Below, piece after piece: positions 27,475 to 36,885 of a stretch of DNA of 64,000 nucleotides. Source of the stretch: Acidobacteriota bacterium (GTDB lineage: Bacteria; Acidobacteriota; Vicinamibacteria; Vicinamibacterales; UBA2999). The notes under the pieces were generated by a model that saw only the letters and a program-made list of their open reading frames with translations, was not told the DNA's origin and searched no databases. Both the position numbers and the translations under genes were made by a program. Each line of letters opens with the position of its first letter. Positions within the stretch are counted from its first letter, which is position 1. The DNA lies in the NCBI GenBank assembly GCA_030650395.1, contig JAUSDY010000104.1, forward strand, positions 57,071-121,070, read 5' to 3'.

Positions 27475-27547
27475 TTGGGGTCAGGCCCCCATTTTCACAC
27501 TCGGACAGACACGGAAGTGTGAAAACGGGGGCCTGACCCCAATCATC
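27470..27547. repeat. Near-perfect 31-bp-arm palindrome with a 16-nt loop
   Basis: gatgattggggtcaggcccccattttcacac (27470-27500) pairs with gtgtgaaaacgggggcctgaccccaatcatc (27517-27547) with one mismatch. The nei stop codon lies inside the left arm. Confidence 0.9.
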
Positions 27548-27568
27548 CCAATGGGCTACGATTTACTA

Positions 27569-28072
27569 ATGGCCAGCACGTACTCCTTCGATGTGACGTC
27601 GACCATCGACCTGCCCGAAGTCGACAACGCCGTGAACCAGGCCCGCAAGGAGATCGGCCAGCGCTTCGACTTCAAGGGATCGATCGCCGCCATCGACCTC
27701 GATCAGAAAGCCAACACGCTGACGCTCACCGCCGAAGACAACTTCAAGCTCGAGTCGGTGTGGGACGTGCTGCAAACGCGATTGATCAAGCGCAGCGTGC
27801 CGATCAAGAACATGAAGCGCGAAGAGATTCTGCCGGCGTCGGGCAGCACGGTGAAGCAGGTGATCACGCTGCAGCAGGGCATTCCGAGCGACGCCGCGCG
27901 CGAGATCGTCAAGCACCTGAAAGACCTCAAGATGAAGAAGGTGCAGGCCCAGATTCAGGCCGACCAGCTGCGCGTGTCGTCGCCGTCCAAAGACGAGTTG
28001 CAGGCCGCGATGGCGGCCCTGCGCGCGAAAGACTTCGGCATCGCCCTCCAGTTTGGCAATTTCCGCTCGTAA
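27569..28072 (+). CDS. yajQ: YajQ-family (UPF0234) nucleotide-binding protein
   Basis: The 167-aa product MASTYSFDVTSTIDLPEVDNAVNQARKEIGQRFDFKGS is a typical YajQ N-terminus. The longer track ORF from 27434 reads through the palindrome and is rejected. Confidence 0.88.
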   Translation: MASTYSFDVTSTIDLPEVDNAVNQARKEIGQRFDFKGSIAAIDLDQKANTLTLTAEDNFKLESVWDVLQTRLIKRSVPIKNMKREEILPASGSTVKQVITLQQGIPSDAAREIVKHLKDLKMKKVQAQIQADQLRVSSPSKDELQAAMAALRAKDFGIALQFGNFRS

Positions 28073-28820
28073 GGGGCACGTCCCGCTCGAACGGGCGATC
28101 TCGAAGCTGGGCCTCGCCAGCCGGACCCAGGCGCGCGCGCTCATCCTCGACGGGCGCGTTTCGATCGACGGCGCCATCGTCACCGATCCCGCCCGGGCGG
28201 TGGTGCCCGAGCGCATTCAGATCACGATCGACGGCGCCACGAAAGCGCGGCCGTCGCCGATCACCATCCTGCTGCACAAGCCTCGCGGGGTTGTAACCAC
28301 GCGGTCCGACCCGCAGGGACGCAAGACCGTGTTCGATCTGTTGGAGGGCCTCTCCGCGCACGTGGTGCCGGTCGGCCGCCTCGACCTCGCGACCAGCGGC
28401 GTCTTGATCCTGACCAACGACACGCGCTTCGCCGATTGGCTCACCGATCCGAGATCGGGCGTGCCGCGCGTTTATCTCGCGACGGTCGAGGGCAAGGCCA
28501 CACCTGATACCGCCGCCGCACTCGTGACAGGCGTGACCATCGGCGGGGATCGCCTCGCCGCCGCAGCCGCGGCGGTCCGCAAGTCGTCGGCGCGCGAAAG
28601 CCATCTCGTGATCACGCTGACCGAGGGCAGGAACCGCGAGGTGCGCAGGCTGCTCGAGGCCGCCGGCCACCCTGTGACGCGGCTACGACGCGCCCAGTAT
28701 GGCGGGCTCGACATCGGAACGCTCGCGCCCGGCGAATGGCGGCGGATCAGCGCCGCTGAAATCGCGCGCGCGTTTCCGGGTTGGTCTCAGGCCAGGAAGC
28801 GCGAGCCAAATCCGAAATAG
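28053..28820 (+). CDS. Pseudouridine synthase, RsuA/RluB/RluE family
   Basis: S4-like N-terminus (LSKLGLASRTQARALILDGRVSIDG) and catalytic motif GRLDLATSGVLILTND. The start would be a TTG overlapping the yajQ 3' end, so it is uncertain. Confidence 0.85.
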   Translation: MAISARKGHVPLERAISKLGLASRTQARALILDGRVSIDGAIVTDPARAVVPERIQITIDGATKARPSPITILLHKPRGVVTTRSDPQGRKTVFDLLEGLSAHVVPVGRLDLATSGVLILTNDTRFADWLTDPRSGVPRVYLATVEGKATPDTAAALVTGVTIGGDRLAAAAAAVRKSSARESHLVITLTEGRNREVRRLLEAAGHPVTRLRRAQYGGLDIGTLAPGEWRRISAAEIARAFPGWSQARKREPNPK

Positions 28821-29779
28821 AAGAGCAGGGTCGCGACGTCGGTGAGGGCCAGCACCACCGGGCCCGCCGCGATTTTTGGATCCGCCTTGGCGGCGTGCAA
28901 TAACGCGGGGAACGCGACGCCGAGCAGGCACGCCACGATCATCGACGCCGTGATCGCCGCGGCGATGGTGGCCGCCACCGTGGGCTCGCCGCGCCAGAGG
29001 AACACGACGCTGCCCACGACCGCGCCGCAGGCGAGGCCGAGGAGCGTCGCCGTCCGCAGCTCCTTCCACAACGCCACCATCAACCGCTTCAACACGAACG
29101 GCCCATCCGTCAGGCTCTGCATCGTCAGCGTCACCGCCTGCATGCTCACGCTCTCACCGAGCGCGAGCACGATCGGGATGAACAGCGCCAGCACCACCAC
29201 CTCCGCGAGCAGGTGCTCGAAGCGGCTGGCGATGAACGCGGCGATCAGCCCGCCGGCGACATTGGCCAGCAGCCACGGAAAGCGGTCCTTGAACGCCGAC
29301 CACGGCGATCGCTGCGCGGTGCCGTGCACGCCGATCAGCTGGAAGATGTCGTCGTAGGTCCGCCGCGCCAGGTCGATGACCTCGTTGGTGAACAGGCTGA
29401 CGTCGACGACGCCGAGCAAGCGGCCGCCGCCGTCCACGACGGGAAATGCCAGCAGCCGCCGGGTCGCGAAGTACTCGCTCGCGATCAGCACGGTGGCCCA
29501 ATCGGGGATCGCCACGACGTTGTGGACCATCACTTCGGTAACCTTGTGATCCGGTTCTGCACTCAGCAGCCGCCGCGTCGGCACGACGCCCACCAGCCGG
29601 TCGTCGTGATCGACGACGTAAAAGTAGTGGATCGAGCTCGGCAGCGTCGACGTGCGGATCAACGTCATCGCGTCCTGGATCGTCTGTTTGGGCTCGAGCA
29701 CGACGAGGGCCGGCCGCGCGAACGGCAGGATGGGCTCGTGGAGCTGAGCCGCGGAAAGGGGGGCGACAGACATGGTCAT
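28787..29779 (-). CDS. mgtE: MgtE-like magnesium transporter (CBS pair plus MgtE membrane domain)
   Basis: CBS-like segments (VMVHNVVAIPDWATV..., FPVVDGGGRLLGVVDVS) are followed by an MgtE-type TM domain (LALFIPIVLALGESVSMQ). There is no long N-domain. Its 3' end overlaps the convergent synthase gene by 34 nt. Confidence 0.75.
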   Translation of the reverse strand: MTMSVAPLSAAQLHEPILPFARPALVVLEPKQTIQDAMTLIRTSTLPSSIHYFYVVDHDDRLVGVVPTRRLLSAEPDHKVTEVMVHNVVAIPDWATVLIASEYFATRRLLAFPVVDGGGRLLGVVDVSLFTNEVIDLARRTYDDIFQLIGVHGTAQRSPWSAFKDRFPWLLANVAGGLIAAFIASRFEHLLAEVVVLALFIPIVLALGESVSMQAVTLTMQSLTDGPFVLKRLMVALWKELRTATLLGLACGAVVGSVVFLWRGEPTVAATIAAAITASMIVACLLGVAFPALLHAAKADPKIAAGPVVLALTDVATLLFYFGFGSRFLA

Positions 29780-29815
29780 ACGATAGTAGCGGCGGCACGT
29801 CCGGCCCGCGCCTTT

Positions 29816-30643
29816 CTACACAAAGAAGTCGAGTCTGAGGTCGGCCTCCGCGACCGCGGGGTCGCGATAGCCCGACAAATCGCTCACGCCCGCCGCCCGC
29901 AGCACGTCTTCGTCGATCAGAAACCGCCCGGTGACTTCCCTGCTGGGCTGCGTCAGCACCCAATGGGCGGCATCCGCCATGATGGCGGGCGAGCGCGTCA
30001 TTTTTCTCGCGGCCTGGCCGGCGATCAATCGGATCGCCTCGGTGTCGATCGTCGTTCGCGGCCACAGCGCATTGAAGGCGATGCCTTGCGCGCGGAACTC
30101 TTCAGCCATGCCGAGCACGCATAGCGACATGCCGAACTTCGCCATCGTGTACGCCACGTGCGGCGCGAACCACTTTGGTTCCACGATCGACGGCAACGGC
30201 GGCGCGAGGTTGAGCACATGCGGGTTGCTCGATTTCAGCAGGTGTGGAATGGCCTTCTGCGAGCACAGAAAAGTGCCGCGGGTATTGACCTGGTGCATCA
30301 GGTCGAAACGCTTCATCGGCGTGTCGAGCGTGCCGGTCAGGCCAATCGCCGAAGCGTTGTTCACTAGGATGTCGATGCCGCCAAAACGATCGACGGCGGC
30401 CGCGATCGCCGCCTCGACCTGCGCTTCATCGCGAATGTCGACCTGCACCGCCAGCGCCTGGCCTCCGGCCTTCTCGACGTCGGCGGCCGCGGTATGGATC
30501 GTGCCCGGCAGTTTCGGATGCGGCGCCGTCGTCTTTGCGGCAATGACGATGTTGGCGCCGTCGGCGGCGGCGCGGAGGGCAATGGCGTGGCCGATGCCGC
30601 GCGAGGCGCCGGTGATGAAGAGGGTCCTACCACGTAACGTCAT
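29816..30643 (-). CDS. SDR-family oxidoreductase
   Basis: Rossmann motif TGASRGIG, followed by NNAS and YxxxK (YTMAKF) motifs. Confidence 0.85.
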   Translation of the reverse strand: MTLRGRTLFITGASRGIGHAIALRAAADGANIVIAAKTTAPHPKLPGTIHTAAADVEKAGGQALAVQVDIRDEAQVEAAIAAAVDRFGGIDILVNNASAIGLTGTLDTPMKRFDLMHQVNTRGTFLCSQKAIPHLLKSSNPHVLNLAPPLPSIVEPKWFAPHVAYTMAKFGMSLCVLGMAEEFRAQGIAFNALWPRTTIDTEAIRLIAGQAARKMTRSPAIMADAAHWVLTQPSREVTGRFLIDEDVLRAAGVSDLSGYRDPAVAEADLRLDFFV

Positions 30644-30667
30644 GTTGATGGTTATACTCCACGCGTC

Positions 30668-31900
30668 ATGAGCGCACGAGATGTCGTTGCCAACCTCCGC
30701 GAGCTGGCGGCCCTCACCGCCACCCCCGAGGGCGCGCAGCGCCTGGCGTGGGGGCCGGTGTGGCGCGAGGCCCGGCAGTGGTTCAACGGGAAGTTAGCCG
30801 CGCTTGGCATTGAGCCGGAGCTCGATGCGGCGGGCAACAGTTGGGCGACGCTGCGGGGCGAGTCGGAACGGACGGTGATCATCGGCAGTCACCTGGATTC
30901 CGTGCCGAACGGTGGATGGCTTGACGGCGCGCTCGGCGTGATGGCCGGCCTCGAAGCGCTGCGGATGTTCAAGGATCGGCGGCCACCGGTGACGATCAAG
31001 GTGGTGGACTGGGCCGACGAGGAAGGCGCGCGATTCGGCCGGAGCCTGCTCGGCTCTTCGGCCGCCAGCGGCAGCTTGAAGGTCAGCGAGGTGGAACAGC
31101 TCGTCGACAAGACCGGCACCCGCCTGGTCGACGCGCTGCGCGAGAACGGCGTCGAGCTGACGCGGATGCACGAGTCGCAACGGTTCCTGAAGGCGATCGA
31201 TGCGAAGGCCTATCTCGAGCTGCACATCGAGCAGGGACCGGTGCTCGAGGCCATCAACAAGCCGACCGGTGTCGTGCTGGGCACGTTCGGCGTCGAGCGT
31301 CATGTGCTGCGCTTCACCGGCCAGGCCGCGCACTCCGGCTCCACGCCGATTCCGATGCGCCGCGATGCGTTTCTCGCCGCGGCCGAAAGCGCGCTCGCGT
31401 TCAGGGCGATTGCGACGAAGCATACGACGGCGACCGCCCGCGTGGTGTGCACGGTGGGAACGGTGAAGGTCGAGCCGGGGATCGTCACCGCGGTCCCCGG
31501 TGTCTGTGAGATCTCGCTGGATCAGCGCGCGCTCGATGCGAAGGTGCTGGCGCGCATGCTGGACGAGGCACGAGAGGCGGCGGCAACGGCCGCGAAGAGC
31601 AACAACGTGTCGGTCGAGTGGAAGCGCGTGTGGCAGATCGAGCCGCGCCCGTTCGATCCAAGACTGATTGCGCTCTGCACCGACGCGGTGCGCGAGGTCA
31701 CCGGCGAGGCGCCGCAGCTGCCGTCGGGGCCTCTCCACGACGCCGCCGAGATGGTGCCGCACATGCCGGTCGTGATGATGTTTGCGTACTCGTCGAACGG
31801 ATTGTCGCACTGTAAGGAAGAAGACACGCCGGGTCCGCACTTGGAGAAGACGATTGAAGCGTTTCTGAAGCTGGTCGAGAAGACCGTCGCCAGCGCCTGA
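30668..31900 (+). CDS. M20-family Zn-dependent amidase (allantoate amidohydrolase / N-carbamoyl-L-amino-acid hydrolase type)
   Basis: Translation typical of this family: GSHLDSVPNGGWLDGALGV, DEEGARFG, ELHIEQGPVLE and RFTGQAAHSGSTP. Confidence 0.8.
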   Translation: MSARDVVANLRELAALTATPEGAQRLAWGPVWREARQWFNGKLAALGIEPELDAAGNSWATLRGESERTVIIGSHLDSVPNGGWLDGALGVMAGLEALRMFKDRRPPVTIKVVDWADEEGARFGRSLLGSSAASGSLKVSEVEQLVDKTGTRLVDALRENGVELTRMHESQRFLKAIDAKAYLELHIEQGPVLEAINKPTGVVLGTFGVERHVLRFTGQAAHSGSTPIPMRRDAFLAAAESALAFRAIATKHTTATARVVCTVGTVKVEPGIVTAVPGVCEISLDQRALDAKVLARMLDEAREAAATAAKSNNVSVEWKRVWQIEPRPFDPRLIALCTDAVREVTGEAPQLPSGPLHDAAEMVPHMPVVMMFAYSSNGLSHCKEEDTPGPHLEKTIEAFLKLVEKTVASA

Positions 31901-31916
31901 CGGCGTCCTTATTTAT

Positions 31917-32816
31917 CCGCAGATTACGCAGATTACGCAGATTCAAGACAGCTCATGCGAGGACCCGCGGCGCCGGGCTCCGCCCGGCTTGGTCGCGGCA
32001 GGAGTGCCGGAAAACAAAAAAGCCAAGACCAATTCCCCGCTCTCTTGTTTTCCAGCACTCCCGCCACGACCGGCCCTACGGGCCGCCACGAGTCCGCACA
32101 CCGATCAGCTTTTGCGACAGCGCGGCGCTTCACTAGTTGCGATTACTGCGATCCCAGCCACCTTAGTAACGGGAATCAGGCGCAAACATGCGCGGCACAC
32201 CGAATGCACTTCTCGGTCGCATGGCCACCGTTCAACCACTGGAGCGTGATCCTGACACCTACAGCATCATCGGTGCCGCCATGGCGGTCCACTCGGAACT
32301 GGGGTGCGGGTATTTGGAAGCAGTCTATAAGGCCGCCTTGCGGATCGAGTTCCGCCGGCGTTCGATCGCGTTCTGGCCCGAGGTGCCCTTGCCCATTGAT
32401 TACAAGGGCGAGCGGCTGCCGATGAACTATCGCGTCGACTTCGTGTGCGGGCAGGTGCTCGTCGAAGCGAAGGCCGTCGCCATGTTGGCACCAGCCCACG
32501 TATCGCAAGTGATTAACTATTTGCGCGCCTCGGGATTGAAGCGAGGACTGCTGCTGAATTTCGGCAGGCCAAGCCTCGAACATCAGCGCGTAGTGTGGAA
32601 ATACGAATCGTCAGCCCGATGATCGGGCCGGGCCCTTGTATTTAATGTCAGGACCCGCGGCGGCCCTTTGGGCCGGCGGCGAAGTCGTGGGCGTGATCGC
32701 GAGAGTTCCCATATCAGCACTCTCGTGATCGCGTCCATGACTTCGCCCCAAGCCGGGCGGAGCCCGGCGGCGCGGGTCCTCAAGAACCAATCGGCGTAAT
32801 CTGCGTAATCTGCGGA
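31917..32816. mobile_element. Cassette-like unit: a GxxExxY gene bounded by about 60-bp imperfect inverted repeats
   Basis: The left end has CCGCAGATTACGCAGATTACGC (31917-31945) plus GAGGACCCGCGGCGCCGGGCTCCGCCCGGCTTGG (31959-31992). The right end carries the reverse complements at 32748-32781 and 32794-32816. I saw no transposase or target-site duplication. Confidence 0.5.
32188..32622 (+). CDS. GxxExxY protein (PD-(D/E)XK nuclease-like superfamily)
   Basis: The signature GYLEAVY is followed by the DFVCGQVLVEAK core and a QVINYL segment. The start may be the Met at 32221. Confidence 0.8.
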   Translation: MRGTPNALLGRMATVQPLERDPDTYSIIGAAMAVHSELGCGYLEAVYKAALRIEFRRRSIAFWPEVPLPIDYKGERLPMNYRVDFVCGQVLVEAKAVAMLAPAHVSQVINYLRASGLKRGLLLNFGRPSLEHQRVVWKYESSAR

Positions 32817-32856
32817 CAAAACAAAACGCCCGGCCCCCTCATCGGGAACCGGGCGT
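32815..32856 (-). terminator. Rho-independent terminator of the Tat/zinc-ribbon gene
   Basis: On the minus strand, the stem ACGCCCGG / CCGGGCGT (32826-32833 and 32849-32856) is followed by TTTTGTTTT. Confidence 0.7.
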
Positions 32857-32881
32857 CTCACGTAATCTCTGCCGAACTTAA

Positions 32882-33208
32882 CTATTCGACGTAGCTGTAA
32901 CCACAGTTCTCGCACACCCACATGCGGCCCTGCTTGTACATGTTGTAGGCGCACTGCGGGCAGACCCGGTACTCGCGGCCCTCGTCGTCGACCAGCTTCT
33001 TCTCGCCGTCTTTCTTCTCGCCGTCAACGGGCGGATCCTTCGGCGGCTCTTCCTTCTTCTTCTCTTCTTCCGGCTTCGGCTGAGGCGGTGGCGGCTGCTG
33101 CTGTGCGAACGCTGGGGCAACGGCCAAGCCGATCGCCGCGGCAAACATGGCGGAACCGCGAAGGAAGCTACGGCGATCGAGACTGCTACCCGTCAGGTTG
33201 TCGAACAT
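32882..33208 (-). CDS. Tat-signal protein with Pro/Lys/Glu-rich linker and C-terminal zinc-ribbon
   Basis: Twin-arginine signal (DRRSFLRGSAMFAAAIGLAVAPAFAQ), a low-complexity linker, then CPQC...CENC. Confidence 0.65.
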   Translation of the reverse strand: MFDNLTGSSLDRRSFLRGSAMFAAAIGLAVAPAFAQQQPPPPQPKPEEEKKKEEPPKDPPVDGEKKDGEKKLVDDEGREYRVCPQCAYNMYKQGRMWVCENCGYSYVE

Positions 33209-33470
33209 TTGGACGCTGTCTCCCTGAAAATCGCGGCCGGGCTAACCCCCAGCCTGACAACATTATAACGTGAGACCTCGCTGTAGCCGCGGTAGTCGCT
33301 GGCGCGGCGAAGGCGGGAAAAAAGCCGGGTGGGGACATTTGCGGCTCACGTGCTGACGCCCCACCCGGTGCTTCCCCTCTGTCGTTGTGATTTGAAGAAT
33401 ACGACAGGCCGCTGACGGGTTTGTAATCGATTGTCTTTCAGGGCACGGGTATGCTAGGGCTTCCGAGCGA

Positions 33471-33860
33471 ATGACACCGGGACACGGCACGCTCAGCTTC
33501 GAGCTCACGAACGACCTCGCGGAGATGTCCGTGCTCGCCGAACATCTCGAGCAGTTTTGCGCCGGCCACGGCCTCGGCCCCGAGGTCTTCTCACAACTGA
33601 ATCTGGCCCTCGACGAGATCGTGACCCACATCATCGCTCACGGATACCGAGACGAGGGGCGCGAGCATCGCATCCGGATCACCCTCGCACACGACGGCGC
33701 AAGCGTGACGGCGCGGATCGAGGATGATGCGGCGGCGTTCGATCCGCTGGAGCGCGACGATCCCACCCAGGGGATCAATCTCCTGAAGACGCTGGTCGAC
33801 GAGGTCACCTACTCGCGCGAACGGGGCCACAACGCGTTGATCGTCAGAAAGACAGTGTAG
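33471..33860 (+). CDS. Anti-sigma regulatory factor-like ATP-binding protein (RsbW/SpoIIAB-type HATPase)
   Basis: The 129-aa product has an N-box-like LALDEIVTHIIAHG motif and IEDDAAAFDP. I saw no adjacent STAS or sigma-factor partner. Confidence 0.65.
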   Translation: MTPGHGTLSFELTNDLAEMSVLAEHLEQFCAGHGLGPEVFSQLNLALDEIVTHIIAHGYRDEGREHRIRITLAHDGASVTARIEDDAAAFDPLERDDPTQGINLLKTLVDEVTYSRERGHNALIVRKTV

Positions 33861-33922
33861 AGCGGACCTTCAGGTCCGCTATGGACGAAGGGTCAGTCAA
33901 ACCGCGGATCTAAAGATCCGCG
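33861..33922. repeat. Two REP-like hairpins (AGCGGACC-TTCA-GGTCCGCT; CGCGGATC-TAAA-GATCCGCG)
   Basis: Read directly at 33861-33880 and 33903-33922, downstream of the PQQ dehydrogenase gene. Related hairpins are at 3751-3771 and 35988-36007. Confidence 0.85.
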
Positions 33923-33949
33923 CTACGGTTCCGCGCACAATATTCCGCG

Positions 33950-35974
33950 TCACCTAAGTTTCCGTCGCTCGGCGAGGAGGAACGCGCGCAGCGCCGCGAC
34001 CTCGGCATCGGTGATGCGAAACGGCGGCATGCCGCGTCCCGCCAGCGCGCCCTTCTGCAGAATGTTCGGCAGCGCGTCGTAGGTCACGGGCGCGAGGCGG
34101 CGCAGGTCGGGCGCGGTCGTGCCGGCGTTATGGCAGCGCGCGCATTGCGCTTCGAACAGTGCCCCGCCGCTCGCAATCTGCTCGGCCGTGGCCTGGAACT
34201 CGATCGGCGCGACCGCCGTCGTCTGCGCCGGACGCACCGGCGCCGGCTCCGAGCCGTTCAGCGCGAAGGTGTAGAGCAAACCCTTGCTGCGGTAGCGCGG
34301 CACAAACGCGCCGCCCCATCCCGCCATCACGCTGACGTATTGCTGGCCGTCGATCTCGTAAGTGATCGGCGCCGCGAGCACGCCGGTGCCCGTCCATGCC
34401 GACCACAACCTCGCGCCATCGGTAGCGCGATAGGCGATGAAGTCTCCGGCCGCCGTGCCCTGGAATACGAGGTTGCCGGCCGTCGCCAGCGTGCCGCCAT
34501 TCCAATAGGCCGGGTACTCGACCTTCCACCGTACTTGTTGCGCGATCGGATCCCACGCCAGCAGCCGCCCCGTGTAAACCGCCTTCGAGTCGCCGGCGTG
34601 ATCGATGCCCCCGGTGCCCGCGGCAAGGTTGATCCGATTGGGAACGAACTCGAAGTTCTCCGGCTGCGAGTACTCCCGCGCGTTGTCTTGCGTCGGGATG
34701 TAGACCAGCCCGGTCTTCGGGCTGTACGACATCGGCTGCCAGTTATGGCCGCCAAGCGGCGCCGGCCGCGCCAGGAACGGCTGGCGAATGTAGTCGGCGC
34801 CTTCTTTTTCCTTCGGCCGTCCGGTCTGCATGTCGACGCCGGTGGCCCACGTCACCTCGACGTATTTCTCCGCCGAGATCAGCTCGCCGGTCTTGCGATC
34901 GAGCATGTAGAAGAAGCCGTTCTTCGGCGCCTGCATCAGCACCTGTCTCACGGTGCCGCGGATGCGCACGTCGGCCAGGATGATGTGCTGGGTCGCGTTG
35001 TAATCCCACGAATCGCCCGGCGTGGTCTGGTAGTACCACGCCATGCGGCCGGTGTCGGGATTGAGCGCAAGAATCGACGACAGGTAGAGGTTGTCGCCGC
35101 CGCCGGGGCTGCGAATGAACCGGTTCCACGGCCCGCCGTTGCCGGTGCCGACATAGATCAGGTTCAGCGCCGGGTCGTAGGCCATCGAGTCCCACGCCGT
35201 GCCGCCGCCGCCGTAGATCCACCACTTGTCGCCGCTCCACGTGGCCTTCGCCTTCTCGAGCTCCGGGTGCTCCTGCGGCTGCGCCGGATCGCCCGGCACC
35301 GTGTAGAAGCGCCAGTCGAGATTGCCGTTCTCGGCGTTATACGCAGAGATATAGCCGCGGATGCCGTACTCGGCGCCACCGTTGCCGATGATCACGCGGC
35401 CCTTCACGACGCGCGGCGCGGCGGTGATCGTGTACGCCTTCGTCTGATCGACGGTGACGACCGACCACACCACCTCACCCGTCTTCGCATCGAGCGCGGT
35501 CAGGCGGCCGTCAAAGGCGGCCGCGTAGACGCGGCCCTTGTAAAACGCGACGCCGCGATTGACGACGTCGCAACAGGCGAAGCGCTCGTACCTCGGATCC
35601 ACTTTCGGATCCCACTTCCATAACTGCTTGCCGGTTTTTGCATCCAGCGCAAACACGATGCCCCACGACGCGGTCGTATACATCACGCCGTCGACCACGA
35701 GCGGCGTGGCCTCGAGCACGCGATCGGTGCCGGTATCGAACGTCCAGGCCAGCCTGAGCTGCTGGACGTTCAGATCGCTGATCTTCTCCAGCGGGCTGAA
35801 GCGCTGCTCGTCCTGCGTGCGCCCGTGCGTGAGCCACTCGCCGGGCCGATTGTTCGCCGCTTTGAGCGCCTCATCGTCTACCACTGGCCGCTGGGCCGAG
35901 AGCGATAACGACCACAGGGCGGGCGCCAGCAATCCGATCAGCCCGATCGACAGGAGATATCGCTTGATTGACAT
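33950..35974 (-). CDS. PQQ-dependent alcohol dehydrogenase with C-terminal cytochrome c domain (quinohemoprotein type)
   Basis: It has a signal peptide, the vicinal Cys pair [10 protein letters not shown], propeller W motifs, and a C-terminal CARCH heme-c site. Confidence 0.88.
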   Translation of the reverse strand: MSIKRYLLSIGLIGLLAPALWSLSLSAQRPVVDDEALKAANNRPGEWLTHGRTQDEQRFSPLEKISDLNVQQLRLAWTFDTGTDRVLEATPLVVDGVMYTTASWGIVFALDAKTGKQLWKWDPKVDPRYERFACCDVVNRGVAFYKGRVYAAAFDGRLTALDAKTGEVVWSVVTVDQTKAYTITAAPRVVKGRVIIGNGGAEYGIRGYISAYNAENGNLDWRFYTVPGDPAQPQEHPELEKAKATWSGDKWWIYGGGGTAWDSMAYDPALNLIYVGTGNGGPWNRFIRSPGGGDNLYLSSILALNPDTGRMAWYYQTTPGDSWDYNATQHIILADVRIRGTVRQVLMQAPKNGFFYMLDRKTGELISAEKYVEVTWATGVDMQTGRPKEKEGADYIRQPFLARPAPLGGHNWQPMSYSPKTGLVYIPTQDNAREYSQPENFEFVPNRINLAAGTGGIDHAGDSKAVYTGRLLAWDPIAQQVRWKVEYPAYWNGGTLATAGNLVFQGTAAGDFIAYRATDGARLWSAWTGTGVLAAPITYEIDGQQYVSVMAGWGGAFVPRYRSKGLLYTFALNGSEPAPVRPAQTTAVAPIEFQATAEQIASGGALFEAQCARCHNAGTTAPDLRRLAPVTYDALPNILQKGALAGRGMPPFRITDAEVAALRAFLLAERRKLR

Positions 35975-35987
35975 GGTTACTCCGTTA

Positions 35988-36007
35988 GGCGGGTCTAAAG
36001 ACCCGCC
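35988..36007. repeat. REP-like hairpin GGCGGGTC-TAAA-GACCCGCC
   Basis: A perfect 8-bp stem with a TAAA loop lies between the PQQ dehydrogenase start and the end of the next gene. Confidence 0.85.
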
Positions 36008-36008
36008 T

Positions 36009-36512
36009 CTACTCCAGCACCACGGGACCGGTGCGCTCGTGGTCGCTTTCCATCAGCTCGGGATGCTGGTGGAATAATCGCGCACACGCATTCCACCTCA
36101 GCAACGCATCGTCTTGATCGACCGGCTTGACCGCGTCGGCACGCTCGAACGCGCGCATCGCCTCGCGCAGCCAATCCCCCGCCGGCAAGAAGCGGCCGGG
36201 GCCGCCGCGATCGAGCAGCACCCGGGCGCGCCGCTCCGCGACCACGCCGGAATAATAGGCGCGTTCGTATTCGGCGCCGAGTGTCGCCACCAGCTCCCGG
36301 GCGCGCGTCACGACGCCCGCCTCACCTCGATGGAAGGTATCGGTAAGGGCGAGGATCAACGTCACGAGCGCGGCGCGGTTAGCTGGGTCGACGCGCAGCA
36401 CATCTTCACAGATGCTCTGCGCCTCTTCCGGCTCGTTGAGCAGACGATAATGCTCGGCTTTTGCCAGGGCGGCAGGAATCGCCGCAATTGATAACCGTTT
36501 CAGCTCGAACAT
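36009..36512 (-). CDS. Hypothetical helical (TPR-like) protein
   Basis: The 167-aa ORF has host-like composition and helical-repeat character ([30 protein letters not shown]). I could not confirm a family. Confidence 0.55.
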   Translation of the reverse strand: MFELKRLSIAAIPAALAKAEHYRLLNEPEEAQSICEDVLRVDPANRAALVTLILALTDTFHRGEAGVVTRARELVATLGAEYERAYYSGVVAERRARVLLDRGGPGRFLPAGDWLREAMRAFERADAVKPVDQDDALLRWNACARLFHQHPELMESDHERTGPVVLE

Positions 36513-36885
36513 CGTCAGTGAAATCGCACCGGAGGGTGGCGATTATGTCATGGCTGCATTACTTTCGCTACGCGACTGGATCGCCCCCGGCAACGCCGCC
36601 ACCGCGCTCAAGCTCGCGCCGCCTGATGGACAGCCTGCTGTAACAGTGTCGCGGACCGATCCGGTCGCGTCTATCGGCGTGCGGCTCGGCCTAATCGCGA
36701 TTGCCTCGTTTGCGACGTGCCGGCGGGGCGCAAGATGAGGGGCGATCCCATCATCGCGCTGCGCGCCGAATGAGATCGGCGGCGTCAGACACGGGGAACC
36801 CTCTCCTTGAAGAGGCAAGAGCCACCTAGCGGCCTTCCAAAGATGATCTTCAGTTTGGTATCTGTGACCCTCTTGGCGACAACTT

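Noticed and set aside
27434-27568. Upstream extension of yajQ through the large palindrome.
   Set aside because: It would translate both arms of the 31-bp palindrome and overlap nei. The Met at 27569 gives the conserved YajQ N-terminus.
28787-28820. The 34-nt convergent overlap of the pseudouridine synthase and mgtE 3' ends, considered as a sign of mis-annotation.
   Set aside because: Both translations retain family-typical sequence close to their ends, and tail-to-tail overlaps are common in compact high-G+C genomes. I kept both calls and flagged only the uncertainty.
36513-36885. A tRNA gene, tRNA fragment or att-type direct repeat marking the left border of the low-GC island. The 122-aa minus-strand ORF at 36543-36911 was also considered.
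   Set aside because: I could not fold any cloverleaf, and found no matching direct repeat at the right border (39383-39423). The minus ORF has no start context, motif or coding-like composition.
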